Source: an uncultured Methanomassiliicoccales archaeon (lineage in GTDB: Archaea > Thermoplasmatota > Thermoplasmata > Methanomassiliicoccales > UBA472). Taken from it: a stretch of DNA of 64,000 nucleotides. The translations under genes were made by a program, and so were the position numbers. The notes under the pieces are model-generated. The model searched no databases. It had not been told where the DNA came from and saw only the letters and a list, made by a program, of their open reading frames with translations. The DNA lies in NCBI GenBank assembly GCA_963695345.1, contig OY968769.1, positions 2,240,001-2,304,000 on the forward strand, written 5' to 3'. Of the stretch, positions 10,903 to 22,649 are shown in pieces; positions within the stretch are counted from its first letter, which is position 1, and each line of letters starts with the position of its first letter.

Positions 10903-12039
10903 TCATCCTTGACGTCTCTCTCCAAAGTAATCCTTGACACCCTCGGCCACCGCATCGATCTCCTCGATCGTCATCTGCGGATACATCGGCAATGACAGGA
11001 CCTTCGACGATATGTTACGCGTGTTCGGCAGTTCGATCGGATTTCCCTTGAACACCGAATAGAGGTGGGATGGATCGAAGTACACCCTGGAAGAGATCCC
11101 TCTTCCCTCCAGGTACTTCATCAGGCCATCTCGGGTTTCCTTTCCTCCGTTGACCGTTATCGTGAAAAGTTGGTGCACATGGTAGCTATCCTCCGGTATG
11201 GCCGGAACCTCTACCCCATCGATCAATGAAAGCCTCTTTCCGTATTCTTGGGCGACCGCTCTCCGCATCCCGATCAGCCTATCCACCTTGGCCAGCTGGG
11301 ACAAACCCAGGGCGGCATTCATGGAAGGCATTCGCCAATTGTATCCTACATTAACGTAATCGACGAACGTCGGATTCTTGAAGTAATCTCCCTGGACCAC
11401 ACGACCATATGATTGGATCAGTCTGAGCCGGTCATAGACCGGCTTCTGATCGGTGACGACACATCCCCCCTCCCCAGTGCTGAATATCTTGTTATGGCAG
11501 AAACTGAAGATCGCCGAATCGCCGATGGTTCCTATCATCTTGTCCCCCTTCTGGGCGCCGAACGCCTCCGCGGCGTCCTCGATCAACAATATATCATGCC
11601 TTTCGCAGATCTCCTTCAGCTGGAACGCCTGGCATGGAAGGCCGCCATAGTGGATGGGTATGATCGCCTTCGTCCTGGGGGTTATCCTTTTCTCAACGTC
11701 GGCGGGATCCAGACCGAACGTTAGTTCCTCGATGTCTGCGAACACCGGTTCCGCGCCGACGTACATCGGCGCGTACGCCGTGGCGATATAAGTGAACGAA
11801 GGAACGATGACCTCGTCTCCGGGACCGATCCCATGCGCCAGCATCAGCGCGTGTAGCGCCGACCCGCCCGAGTTGAAGGTTACGCAATAGCGTGAGCCAA
11901 TCTTTTCGCAGATCGCCTTCTCGAACAACTCGATCTGGGGACCTATGCACCACTGCATCCCTGACCTGATCACATCGGTGACTGCTTTGACGTCATCCTC
12001 ATCATTGTAGATCTTGAATAATGGAACATTGATGGACAC
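10903..12039 (-). CDS. DegT/DnrJ/EryC1/StrS PLP-dependent sugar aminotransferase
   Basis: GPGDEVIVPSFTY, IEDAAEAFG, FSFCHNKIFSTGEGG, GYNWRM, LSLPMYP. Confidence 0.95.
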   Translation of the reverse strand: MSINVPLFKIYNDEDDVKAVTDVIRSGMQWCIGPQIELFEKAICEKIGSRYCVTFNSGGSALHALMLAHGIGPGDEVIVPSFTYIATAYAPMYVGAEPVFADIEELTFGLDPADVEKRITPRTKAIIPIHYGGLPCQAFQLKEICERHDILLIEDAAEAFGAQKGDKMIGTIGDSAIFSFCHNKIFSTGEGGCVVTDQKPVYDRLRLIQSYGRVVQGDYFKNPTFVDYVNVGYNWRMPSMNAALGLSQLAKVDRLIGMRRAVAQEYGKRLSLIDGVEVPAIPEDSYHVHQLFTITVNGGKETRDGLMKYLEGRGISSRVYFDPSHLYSVFKGNPIELPNTRNISSKVLSLPMYPQMTIEEIDAVAEGVKDYFGERRQG

Positions 12040-12435
12040 AGGTTCGCTCCCCTACGTATCGGAAGTGTATCAAGAACGACGGATATGGTTTTTCTGGATG
12101 CAATCCGGAGGATCGACGAACATGAGAAAAGACGCACTCTCGTCTGGTGATATCTCCTGTCAGCAATTCCTAAGCATTCATTCCACACTAAATGGATCAA
12201 GCAGATTCAGGATCGGATCATTCCCTAACCGGTTACCATTTGGCATGACGATATCCATGTGAAATCACTTTTGTTTTTCAATAGTAACAGCAAACTAAAT
12301 CAATCGGATACCGGATAGCAACTTGAAACGATGTGGATGCAACCTGCAGGTCATGATTTGTTCGGACCTAGGATTTCAAACCTGATGCTGGGGAAGAGAC
12401 CGAATTTCTCCGTGATGGATCCCTGAGGTCATGGC

Positions 12436-13489
12436 ATGGCTTTCGCATCCAGATTCAGAATTGGGGAGCGGTTCGTCGGTAACGGGGAAAAGGCATACAT
12501 CATCGCCGAGGCAGGGGTCAACCATAATGGGGACATCGAACTCGCGAAACGGCTCGTGGACGAAGCGAAGGCAGCTAACGCCGACGCGGTGAAATTCCAG
12601 ACCTGGAAGACTGAACTGGTGATCTCCCGGGAAGCCCCCAAGGCGGAATATCAAAGGACCGAGGTCGAAGAGAACCAATTCGACATGGTCAAGAAGCTCG
12701 AGCTTTCCGATGATGGGTTCCGGGAGATCAATGAGTATTGTCACAAAGTAGGGATCACTTTCCTTTCCACACCGTTCGACGAATACAGCGTGGACTTTCT
12801 GGAATCGCTGAACGTACCGGCTTACAAGATCTCGTCGACTGACACCAATAACCCGTTCATCCTGTCGAAGATCGCGGCGACCGGAAAACCGATCATACTG
12901 TCGAACGGGTATGTCCGACCTTGACCAGATAGATTGGGCGATCTCATTCCTGAGCGGCAAAGGCGTCACTGAACTGATACTTCTGCAGTGCACCACGTCA
13001 TATCCGGCCGAACATTCCACTTTGAACATCAGCGCCATGCCCTTCCTCCAAAAAAGATACGACGTGCCGGTCGGGCTGTCCGATCACAGTCCCGGCATAG
13101 TCGCCCCGATCGTCGCCATCAGCCTCGGCGCCTGCGTCATCGAGAAACATTTCACACTGGACAAGGACCTTCCCGGTCCCGACCACAAGGCGTCGTTAAG
13201 CCCCTTGGAACTGAACGAGCTGGTCACCGCGGTCCGCCTGGCGGAATCGACCCTGGGGAACCCGGAAAAGGCGATAATGAAGAACGAGGTGCAGATCAGC
13301 AAGGTCGCCCGGAGAAGCATATTCTCTTCCCGGGAGATATCGGAGGGAGAGATCATCGCGGAAGCGATGATCACTGCCAAGAGACCGGGCACCGGCATAT
13401 CGCCGATGCGCTTCGAGGAGGTCATCGGCAGGAGAGCGAAACGGAGAATAGCGGCGGACGAGATGTTGGATTGGGGAATGCTCGAATGA
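12436..13489 (+). CDS. neuB: Nonulosonate (NeuB/LegI-type) synthase with C-terminal SAF domain (frameshift near 12905)
   Basis: IIAEAGVNHNGD, DAVKFQT, FLSTPFD, GLSDHS, IEKHFTLDK, GPDHKAS, KRPGTGISP. Confidence 0.93.
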
Positions 13490-14630
13490 GAAGGAAGGTC
13501 GTTTACATCACAGGAACGCGGGCCGACTACGGTCTCATGCGCGCCACGCTCCGGAGCATCGAATCCCGGCCAGAACTGGAACTGGTGATCGTCGTCACCG
13601 GCATGCACCTGATGGCCGAGTTTGGCACGACGATACTCACGATCGAGAAGGATGGTTTCCGGACCATCGTGGCGGAGGCCACCATCGAGAACGACAGGAA
13701 GCGATCGACCGCCAGGTTCCTGGGAAAGCTGACCATCGAGCTGGCTGATATCGTGGAACGGGAGATACCGGATGCGATCCTCGTGCTCGGGGACAGGGCG
13801 GAGATGCTGGCTGGGGCGATCGTCGGAACGTACATGAACATCCCCACCTTCCACATCCATGGCGGGGACGTCTCGTCCACGGTGGATAGCACGCCCGACA
13901 CGCGATAACGAAGCTTTCCCACATCCATCTGCCGGCGACGAAGACCTCGGCGGAAAGGATCCGTCAAGATGGGCGAGCGCGAGGACCGGGTATTCATCGT
14001 CGGCTCGCCGGACCTCGACGAGGTGATGAACGTCACTCCGATGTCCGGGACGGGCCCGGGAAGAGTACGGGCTGGATATCGACGATGAATATGTCATACT
14101 GGTGCAGCATGCCGTTTCCGTCGAGTCCGGTCAGGCAAAGAAGCAGATGGAGACGACGATCGAAGCGTCTGAAGGACCTGAACCTCCGGACCCTGGTGAT
14201 CTATCCCAACGCCGATGCCGGCGGCCGCAGCATGATCGAGGTGATCCATAAGGAGTGCCGGCAGCCACAGTTCACCGTTTTCCGGAGCCTTCCCCGGGAG
14301 CGATATCTGGCACTGCTGGCGAACGCCAAGGCGCTGGTCGGCAACAGCAGCAGCGGTATCGCCGAAGCCCCGTCATTGGGCGTCCCCTTCGTCAACATCG
14401 GCACGAGGCAGGAGGGGAGGGAAAGGGCGAACAATGTCATCGATGCGGACTATACCGAGGGATCGATCAAGAACGCTTTGGAAAAGGCCCTGTACGATGA
14501 GGAGTTCAGAACGGAAGTGGCCAAGCGCTTCAATCCCTACGGCGACGGGAAGACCGCGGACAGGATCGCCCGGATCATAGCCGAGATAGACCTGGACCCG
14601 GCCATCACCCAGAAGAGACTGACATACTGA
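13486..14630 (+). CDS. neuC: Hydrolysing UDP/GDP-sugar 2-epimerase (NeuC/LegG-type), frameshifted
   Basis: ITGTRADYG, VTGMHL, VLGDRAE, HIHGGD, YPNADAG, VGNSSSGI, NIGTRQEGRE, NPYGDG; ATGA overlap with neuB. Confidence 0.9.
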
Positions 14631-14699
14631 CCAGGACCGCCATTTTCGCGATGACCAGAGAGGGCATGACTTATACCTTCCTTCCCGATATCCCATCAC

Positions 14700-15389
14700 A
14701 TGTGTCCAAGGGTCATCGGTATCGTACCGGCCAGAGGCGGCAGCAAGCGGTTGCCGGGCAAGAACATGCGACGATTCGTGGACCGCCCTCTTATCGGGTG
14801 GACGATCGCCGCCGGGATGGGATGCAAGAGCATCGACACGCTGGTGGTGAGCACCGATGACCGGGACATCGCCGATTATTCTAGGAGCATAGGCGCCGAG
14901 GTGATCATGAGGCCGCCGGAGCTGGCCTCGGATACGTCACCGACCTTCGACGCCATCGAACATGTCATGCGAACGTTGAACGCGAACGGAGAGGACACGA
15001 TCGTGCTGCTGCAGCCTACCTCGCCTTTACGCACTGTGGAGGATATCGATTCCTGCCTCGACCTGCACCGAAAGGGATATCGTTCGGTCATAAGTGTGTG
15101 CGTCGTCGACCACAATCCATACTGGACCGTCAGGATGTCCGAAAAGGGGTTCGAACCGGCCTTCGGTTGGGAACTATTCTCGAAGGGGAGGAAGGACGGG
15201 TTCTACTGTCCGAACGGGGCGGTGTATGTCATATCCTGGAAGGACCTTCGGGAGACTAAGACGTTCTATTCGGAACAATCAATTCTGTATTCCATGCCCA
15301 AGGAACGGGGTATCGATATCGATGAGGAGCTAGACTTCATCCTCGCTGAGTTCTTGGCGTCAAGGAACGATCCCTCGGTCCGAACCTGA
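14700..15389 (+). CDS. neuA: Acylneuraminate (nonulosonate) cytidylyltransferase
   Basis: VPARGGSKRLPGKN, VVSTDD, LLQPTSPLR, NGAVY, IDIDEELDF. Confidence 0.95.
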   Translation: MCPRVIGIVPARGGSKRLPGKNMRRFVDRPLIGWTIAAGMGCKSIDTLVVSTDDRDIADYSRSIGAEVIMRPPELASDTSPTFDAIEHVMRTLNANGEDTIVLLQPTSPLRTVEDIDSCLDLHRKGYRSVISVCVVDHNPYWTVRMSEKGFEPAFGWELFSKGRKDGFYCPNGAVYVISWKDLRETKTFYSEQSILYSMPKERGIDIDEELDFILAEFLASRNDPSVRT

Positions 15390-15405
15390 TATGGGTCGGC
15401 AGCCC

Positions 15406-16385
15406 TTACATTGACCGGGCAAAGTCCCTGGCGTCAAACCTTCCCATCAGATATCGGTGGTCCCCGATCTCCACCCTCTTCCTCTCGGTGGTGATGGCGA
15501 AGGTACAATCGTTTTCCTGAAGGATCTTGAGAGTAGTGTCGTTAAAGCTTCCGAACGGATACGACATCACCCAGTAGTCCGGCTTTTCTCCCAGTACGTC
15601 CCTTATGAGGTCGAGGCTTGATGCAATCTCTTTTCGTTGTTCCGTTTCGGAAAGCGTCTCCATCCACCTGTGCGTCTGGCTGTGCCCTCCGATCTCCATG
15701 CCGTTCCTCGCCATCTCCTTCAGCTGGTCCCGGTTCAGGTAAAAGTCATTGGCCAGGTCCTCGCCGTCACAATCAAGCCATTTCTCTGAGAGCCGGCTGT
15801 ATACTTCCCGCCTCAGCTCGTCACCGAACACAAGCTGCATTGCCTCTTTGATGAACATCTCTTCCCTGGTCCCGTAGTCCCTTTTGTTCTTGTACGCGTC
15901 GAAATTCTTCTTGAGCGTGTCGGAAGCTTCCTCACCCTCGACATCTTGAACGATTCGTATGATATCGGCCAGGATCTCCTGGTAGTCACCCGTCCTGGCC
16001 ATTATGGCGTGGAGGCGGATGGGTATCGAGTATCTGGCGTTTATTGATCGTATCAGTGACTGGGAAGAAGCATCCCGATATCTTCCTCTCCCTAAGGATC
16101 GGGAATACCACCTCATAGTGATCGATGAGCCCGTCATCGAACGTCAATATGCATGAGTTCGGAGGAATGTCCTCCGGCGATCGAGCCCGGTACAGTTCCC
16201 TGAAACCGATAACATTGTAACTTTGCTCGTATCTGGTCCAGCTGTTTGCCGAACTCATCGACGGATAGCCCGTTTATGCACGGATACTTCGGGTTAGGGT
16301 CCCTCACGTAATGGTACATCACGATGGTCGACCGGGCCGATCTGAAGGAACTGGGATATCCCATCTCCGCCCTTGGATAAATCAT
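15406..16385 (-). CDS. Polysaccharide deacetylase family (NodB-like), frameshifted
   Basis: MYHYVR, LTFDDGLIDHY, IGGHSQTHRWM, SYPFG spread over three frames. Confidence 0.85.
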
Positions 16386-16570
16386 TCATGCAAGTAAACA
16401 GGAAGTGCGCCTGCCTAATATTGTTTTTTCGAGCTCCAAGTCACTCTTTCCTGGACCCAAATCAACTCTCCTGATTCTGCCCAATACTGCGGTCTGAGAG
16501 ACTATCGGCCCAACGATACTTCCAGTCCATTCTTGCAGATGGCGGCCAGAGACGTCTGTCTGAATCAAGC

Positions 16571-17485
16571 TCAACGAGAGGATGAATACCATCTTTTGTA
16601 TTGGTCGATTTCCATCAATACGTAAGACTTAGGTCCTTTCAAGATCGATTCCCTCATCCTACTCCATATAAGGCTCTCATAGTCTGGAATCAAATCCTTC
16701 AGTGGAACGCGCTTCCCAAGGTATTCTATCGAACTTATGTCATACCGTCGGGCATCCAATATCTTGTGGTAGTATAGGCAGTCATAGATACCGTACCTAA
16801 GACCAATGACCGTATCTTCGATCATTTTCTTTCCGTTGGTCTTTGTGCTCAGCCCTTTTCCTTCATCGAGAAAATAACCCAGGTTCTTGCCGATTGCTTT
16901 GATCCTCGTGAGCAGTGCCGCCCGGACACCGAAGTCATAATCAGCACCCGATTTCAGCTGTTCATCGAAATAGCCAATCTTTTTGCAAATATTTTTATTG
17001 AACATTAAAAATGGACCGAAGCAACACCTTCTCGAATAGAGAAATGGGTCAATTTGAGAGACCGATATTGTTTCTCCTTCTCCGAACCGAAGTGGTTTAC
17101 CTTTACATAGTCCCCAAAAACCAGGTCGGCTTCCCCTTCCAGTATCGGTCTTGCTTGGACCTCGATCGAATCATTGGACCTGATGTCGTCGACATTCCAA
17201 TTGGCGATGATGTCAGTGGACGATTCCAAGATACATTTGTTCCAGGAGGCTCCGTAAGGTACAACCTCATCTCGAACGAAATGTCTCAGCCGTCCCGGAT
17301 GTTCCAGGTTGAATCTCTCGATCGATATCCAATTCTTTCCTAGATGGGCAATTATGGTCCATGATGAACTCGACGCGATCGAACCAGGACTGCTCCTCGA
17401 TCTTTTCCAGGAACCTTTCCAGATATCTTTCAGCTCTATAGCAGGAAATGATCACGCTGACTTTCGGCTGATGAGGTTCCTTCAT
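16571..17485 (-). CDS. GT2 glycosyltransferase, copy B (frameshifted; paralog of 8656..9628)
   Basis: KVSVIISCYRAERYL, WNVDDIR, FNKNICKKIGYFDEQL, ESILKGPKS shared with copy A. Confidence 0.85.
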
Positions 17486-17697
17486 TCTTATCTAGACCGA
17501 TACTACGTCCAGGACATTAATTACCCTATCATCCCTGGACCTCTTGAGCGTTGATCGATGGGCGAATCATCGCTCCTGCCTCTCACCTGACGAATGCAAA
17601 TATCAAATAAGCGTTCGACTGAATTGAACGGGCCAGATCATTGTCCAATGCTAGTTGTCCAACGATAACATTTGTGAATGGCCGATTTCCCGTTTCG

Positions 17698-19194
17698 TCA
17701 TGGTTTTGCGAAGATGGCGTTGAGCGCATCTGCGATCCTTTTCCCATCGTCATCGGTCAATCCAACGAAGCTGTATTCGTAATCACGTCCTTCGGTCCAT
17801 ATGGTATTGGCGTAGACCTTACGAACGAAATCTTCGATGATCATGGGTTCTCTCTCATGTTTCTTCATTATAACATCCATAATGACCTGTGGCAAGGTGT
17901 TGATGTCCCGGACCACATGGCATAGATTATCGTCACAATAGAAATCATGTCCAAATGCGATCACTGGCTTGTTATGTATGAGGGCTTCCCAGCCCATGGT
18001 GGAATTCAGAGTTATCACACCGCTGGAATTCATTATCAGGGGCAGAGGATAAGCACTGGGCGGCACCAGCGATACATTGCCTAGTTCCTTCATTTTCAGC
18101 AGGTCAAACGTATCGATGTCGCTCCCGCCAAAGTGAGGATGTGGCTTCACGTACAGACTGTATCCTTGTGGGAGCGCTTTCGATATGGTTCTAATCAGGT
18201 TGAATTGATCCAAGAAAGGCTCCCTTATGGTCACCTGCGCGTCATAGACATAGTGAAACGGAAACAGGAAATATTTTTTTGTCGACAATTCATCGTCTAC
18301 CAGAAAAGGTATGATGTTGGCCCTTATCGATTGCATGAAGTGTTGGTAGGTATACTTCAGAAAATTTCTTCCATTGTAGTCATTGAAAATGTACGGTTCC
18401 AACGGAAATGCCTTTTTCACCTTCTTGATGTATGAATCGTAGCGGGCTAAGGAAATCATTCTAGGAATTTTGCTGGGAAATGAGGAGGTCTTCCATTTGT
18501 CGGTGCTGCGCTCGACCTCAGCGGAACCGATTATCGTTTTTCTATTGTACAACAACCTGATGGAGGCAATATCCTCGCCGGAAGAGGCGTTCCATACACA
18601 TGGACGGTTGAAATCCGACATGAACATTACGCCCCGTTTAGGGAATCGACTGTCCGTGAACCCGATGCAATGGATGCCCATCCTGATCGCAACATAATGG
18701 GCGGCCAGGGAAATGATGTCGTCCTCTAGAGTATTTATCAATGTATCAATATTATTTCTAGAATAGTGATCATAGAAGAATCTCACCAAACCACACAATA
18801 TCTGAGTTCTCTGATCATGAGAATGACTGGAGTAGTGCTTGTCCTTGTAGGTATAGTCGAGCTGTAAGAGGAAATCAAGGGATGTTCCAAGGTCTTCCTG
18901 GATCTTCTCGATCTGGCTTTCACTATGCTCAACATTCAGATAGCCTGTTTCATAGATCAGGGTGAGATCCTTCACCAGCGACACCAACTCCCTGAAGCCG
19001 TTGGTTATGGCCCCATATTCTTGTTCTCCGACCACATCTTTCAGTTGCTGTATATGGTGCACCTTAGGATCGATCCTCGAAATAATATATATTTGAGAAT
19101 CCGAGCTAAGATGACGTATCCATGGGAGTTTGCATAATACGTCCTCCCCAAATGGACCCGTCCCAATAATCACCGCAACACTATGCATTGCCAA
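17698..19194 (-). CDS. KpsS-like capsule polysaccharide biosynthesis protein (candidate ulosonate transferase)
   Basis: C-terminal FPFHYVYDAQ, LYVKPHPH, VITLNSTMGWEAL, KPVIAFG..FY. Confidence 0.75.
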   Translation of the reverse strand: MAMHSVAVIIGTGPFGEDVLCKLPWIRHLSSDSQIYIISRIDPKVHHIQQLKDVVGEQEYGAITNGFRELVSLVKDLTLIYETGYLNVEHSESQIEKIQEDLGTSLDFLLQLDYTYKDKHYSSHSHDQRTQILCGLVRFFYDHYSRNNIDTLINTLEDDIISLAAHYVAIRMGIHCIGFTDSRFPKRGVMFMSDFNRPCVWNASSGEDIASIRLLYNRKTIIGSAEVERSTDKWKTSSFPSKIPRMISLARYDSYIKKVKKAFPLEPYIFNDYNGRNFLKYTYQHFMQSIRANIIPFLVDDELSTKKYFLFPFHYVYDAQVTIREPFLDQFNLIRTISKALPQGYSLYVKPHPHFGGSDIDTFDLLKMKELGNVSLVPPSAYPLPLIMNSSGVITLNSTMGWEALIHNKPVIAFGHDFYCDDNLCHVVRDINTLPQVIMDVIMKKHEREPMIIEDFVRKVYANTIWTEGRDYEYSFVGLTDDDGKRIADALNAIFAKP

Positions 19195-19358
19195 TCACAT
19201 TGGGTATTTCATTATACATTTTTTGTCTAATGACATCGATTTTCCAACTATAGACCATTCATTCCTGACAAATGGTCTGTTTTATTACTAAAAGCTAAAA
19301 TATTATACAATTTATCCAACACCTGCAAAGCAATGGATGAACATTGAGCATCTTGTGA

Positions 19359-21275
19359 TTGGTTTCAGCATTTTCAGAGGATAGCATGAAAATTGACATT
19401 GAAATGATCAAAGGTGTGAAGAATTGGAGATTCGATCAATGGATCTCCTATCTAGGAGTAATATTTTCGATCCCGCTGACGGCCTTCATCGTTCTCAAGA
19501 CCGCCAATATCACATATCTGACCCCCGGGGTCATCATATTCATTGTTTGTTTATACTGGATCCTGATTTGTAAAAGGGACAGCCCTGCTGAAACGAAAAC
19601 CAGGACCGAGATGCCTAACCCTCGAGCGTTCCAGGTCCTGATATCTTCATTCTTCATTCTTCTAACGATCTCGATATTGACATACTATACCCGCGCAGAG
19701 GATTATTCCAGGCCAGTATCCTTCTTCGTTCTGATCGCGTTGCTGTGGTTTGTCATATTTCTGGAGATCTTCTTTGTGCCAAGGAAATACTCCTTCCTGT
19801 TATTGATTCAAACAACAGTAATTTTCTACATGATCATTGCCTCTCAATTTGCGCTGTTTCCCGATAGCGTGGTGGGGATCGATCCGATCTACCACGAATA
19901 CATTGTAGGGCAGATAGTGAGCAATGGCCACATTCCATCCGGGGGAATGTATTCGGATATTCCTCTATTTCATCTGACTGTGGTGGCCTCCCTATTGATG
20001 ACGAACATTGCCAGCTACAGTCTGGCATCGATCGTTGTTGTGTCAATGGTGCAATTCATTGTAATTTCCATATTGATATTCAAGATATCGCTGGTATATT
20101 TGAAGGACTTCAGGATCGGTCTGCTGGCTGTCCTTTTACTTTCTGGTTCCAGTTTTGAGATCCTCTACGGTTTCCTGTCCATACCGAACACGATGGCGTC
20201 GACCATCATGTTCGTCATGGTCTATATGTTATTATTCAAAAAACAAAATGGAATGATCTTCAATATGATAGTGGTGCTGATCGCTGCTTTCTCTTTGATC
20301 GTGACCCATACCATGACATCGGTCGCATTGCTGGCATTACTGGTCATTCTATATGGATTCGACCGTAAATATATATTTGATAATCACGGTTTCAAATATA
20401 CCAAGGTCTCCTTTGGGCTGGTCATCCTGTTTCTGGTTACGATGATATCCTGGTGGAGCTATGCTTCTAAGATCGCGTTCGAGGAGATGGTCTCCCTCGT
20501 CGCATGGGGGTTGACAACGAATCCCGTCGTAGGTGAGACTGGATCGGTCACAACCCGCGTGATCATCGCCGAATCTCTCATCAATTATCTCCCGGTATTC
20601 GTTTTCTTATCGCTTTCGATTTTAGGCCTGTTGCGGTTGCTTTCGACCAAAGAAAGGAACTGGACCTTCCTGGCGATACTGGGCATCATTCCATTGGGAG
20701 TCGGAGCCGTTACGTTCGTCGCAATGCCATTCCTGGTGCCTGAGAGGTGGTGGTATCTTGCAGAGATATTCCTGGCACTGCCTTTGGCAATGTCGGTCGT
20801 GATCTTGGTCTCGAAAAGGAAGCACAGGGTAATGTCGCTGATTTTCAGCGGATCGGTGCTGTGCATACTGGTGTTGTGCGCGACGCTAAGCGTCTTCGCA
20901 AATTATGACAATCCGGTGGCCACCCCAAACACGTCATTCAGGTATGCCCTCACAACAAGCGAAATGGCGTCCCACCAGGCCCTGGAGGAGAACTACGTCA
21001 CTATCTGCACGGACAGATACTATGTATGGTGGTATGCGCCGAACGGCATCAATTCCATCGACATCGGTCATTCGATAATGACCAAGAACTTCACCGATAT
21101 CCCTGCCAATGTGCCAATCGTGGTTCGGTCGAATATCATCGACCGCACTGTATTGATCGATTCCGTTCCCCATAAGATAGATTACGATGTCTATGGCGTT
21201 CTATACGATCAAGGCTATCAGAGGACCTACAATTCCGGTAGTGTATCCACTTTCACATCGCCGAGCAGGCTATGA
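19359..21275 (+). CDS. Polytopic membrane protein (GT-C/Wzy-like glycan polymerase or ligase candidate)
   Basis: More than 12 hydrophobic segments; GIDPIYH loop, PLFH, THxxT, ERWWY; soluble C-terminal domain. Confidence 0.6.
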   Translation: MVSAFSEDSMKIDIEMIKGVKNWRFDQWISYLGVIFSIPLTAFIVLKTANITYLTPGVIIFIVCLYWILICKRDSPAETKTRTEMPNPRAFQVLISSFFILLTISILTYYTRAEDYSRPVSFFVLIALLWFVIFLEIFFVPRKYSFLLLIQTTVIFYMIIASQFALFPDSVVGIDPIYHEYIVGQIVSNGHIPSGGMYSDIPLFHLTVVASLLMTNIASYSLASIVVVSMVQFIVISILIFKISLVYLKDFRIGLLAVLLLSGSSFEILYGFLSIPNTMASTIMFVMVYMLLFKKQNGMIFNMIVVLIAAFSLIVTHTMTSVALLALLVILYGFDRKYIFDNHGFKYTKVSFGLVILFLVTMISWWSYASKIAFEEMVSLVAWGLTTNPVVGETGSVTTRVIIAESLINYLPVFVFLSLSILGLLRLLSTKERNWTFLAILGIIPLGVGAVTFVAMPFLVPERWWYLAEIFLALPLAMSVVILVSKRKHRVMSLIFSGSVLCILVLCATLSVFANYDNPVATPNTSFRYALTTSEMASHQALEENYVTICTDRYYVWWYAPNGINSIDIGHSIMTKNFTDIPANVPIVVRSNIIDRTVLIDSVPHKIDYDVYGVLYDQGYQRTYNSGSVSTFTSPSRL

Positions 21276-21409
21276 GCCCCGGTTTGATAATGATACATCA
21301 CCATGATTTTTGCTGGCTCGTGGACATATCATCGGTCAGCGTGAGGCCAAGGAGGTCTGCTCGTTTTTTTGATTTTCTTTTACTTTCCGGTGTATTCTCA
21401 AGAAGGCGA

Positions 21410-22365
21410 TCAGAAAGTCTTGTACATGATAGTCCGCCATGCATGGACCAGAAGATTGAATGCCTTGAATGGTAACAACGAAAACACCAGCAAAGGAAAC
21501 CATTTTTTGATCAAAACATAAGGGTGGTTATTAAGAACCACTCTAATCGCCTCCAGATTCTGGCCAGCATAAAGTTTACGGTACGCAGCGGTTAGTTCCA
21601 AGAAGGCCAAGTATTCTTTCAGATCATTCAATTGTTGTCCGGAAACCATCCCTCTACATACGGCCTCATGGCCAGTTCTAATGAATAATGGAGATATGAT
21701 AGTTCGCGACCTCTTGTCCGATATTCGACCGCTGGCTTCAACATGGATTATGGCACCACAGGTCCAGCTGAAAGCGATATCATACTTTAACGCCACTCTT
21801 CCGAACAGATCATTGTCCCTTCCGAAATGGTCTCCACCTGGAAAAAGGCCAAATTCTTCCAATCTTTTCTTGGTCAGGCAGGTGGAAGAACAGGTCATGG
21901 TTGGGCCTTCCAGTGCAGCATTATGGAAATATCTAGGTATGTAGCCATCCCCTGGCGCTTTGGGAACGGTATTCTCATTTGGAAGTCCATTCGTTCCATC
22001 GGGCATGACGAATTCGACCGCTGTACAATAAGCACCAGCATCTGGATATCGATCTTTCAATCGAACGATGGTCTCCAGATATTGAGGGGTCCATTCATCA
22101 TCGGAATCTAAGAAAGCAATGCATTCCGCTTTTGCCAGCTTTATACCTGCGTTTCTAGCTTCCGTATCTCCGCGATTTTCCTGTTGAATGATCTTAATGC
22201 GTGAGTCCGAATCCCTTTGACAACTGCCATACCGTTATCGGTCGATCCATCATCTACCACGATAAGTTCAAAATTATCGAATGTTTGGACCAGCACTGAG
22301 GTGATGGCTCTGGCGATATAGTCCTCCCTATTATACAGGGGTATAATAACAGAGAACGCGGGCAA
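21410..22365 (-). CDS. GT2 glycosyltransferase (frameshifted)
   Basis: [25 protein letters not shown]; AFLDSDDEW in the intervening frame. Confidence 0.85.
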
Positions 22366-22649
22366 ATCTTTACATCATCCCTTATTCATTCAACATGCCA
22401 CGAGATATTTATTTCTTGACTCTTAATTGGTTGTATTTGTTACCAGTCGATTATCAACCTAATTCGACACAAGTGGATTCTAAATATTATAACAAATTGT
22501 TTATACTATTATTATCAACGTAATTGTCCGTTGCCAGTGTGACACTGGTTGCCCAATTGCCTGGAAATCCTACTCTGCCCATCATCGTCAACATAAACGA
22601 TTGAGGGAATCTTAGGACTTAGGAAGAATTCCTAGGCCGATCTTAATGT

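Noticed and set aside
12900-14170. Programmed ribosomal frameshifting or neuB-neuC fusion
   Set aside because: No slippery heptamers; shifts are scattered; normal ATGA overlap separates neuB and neuC
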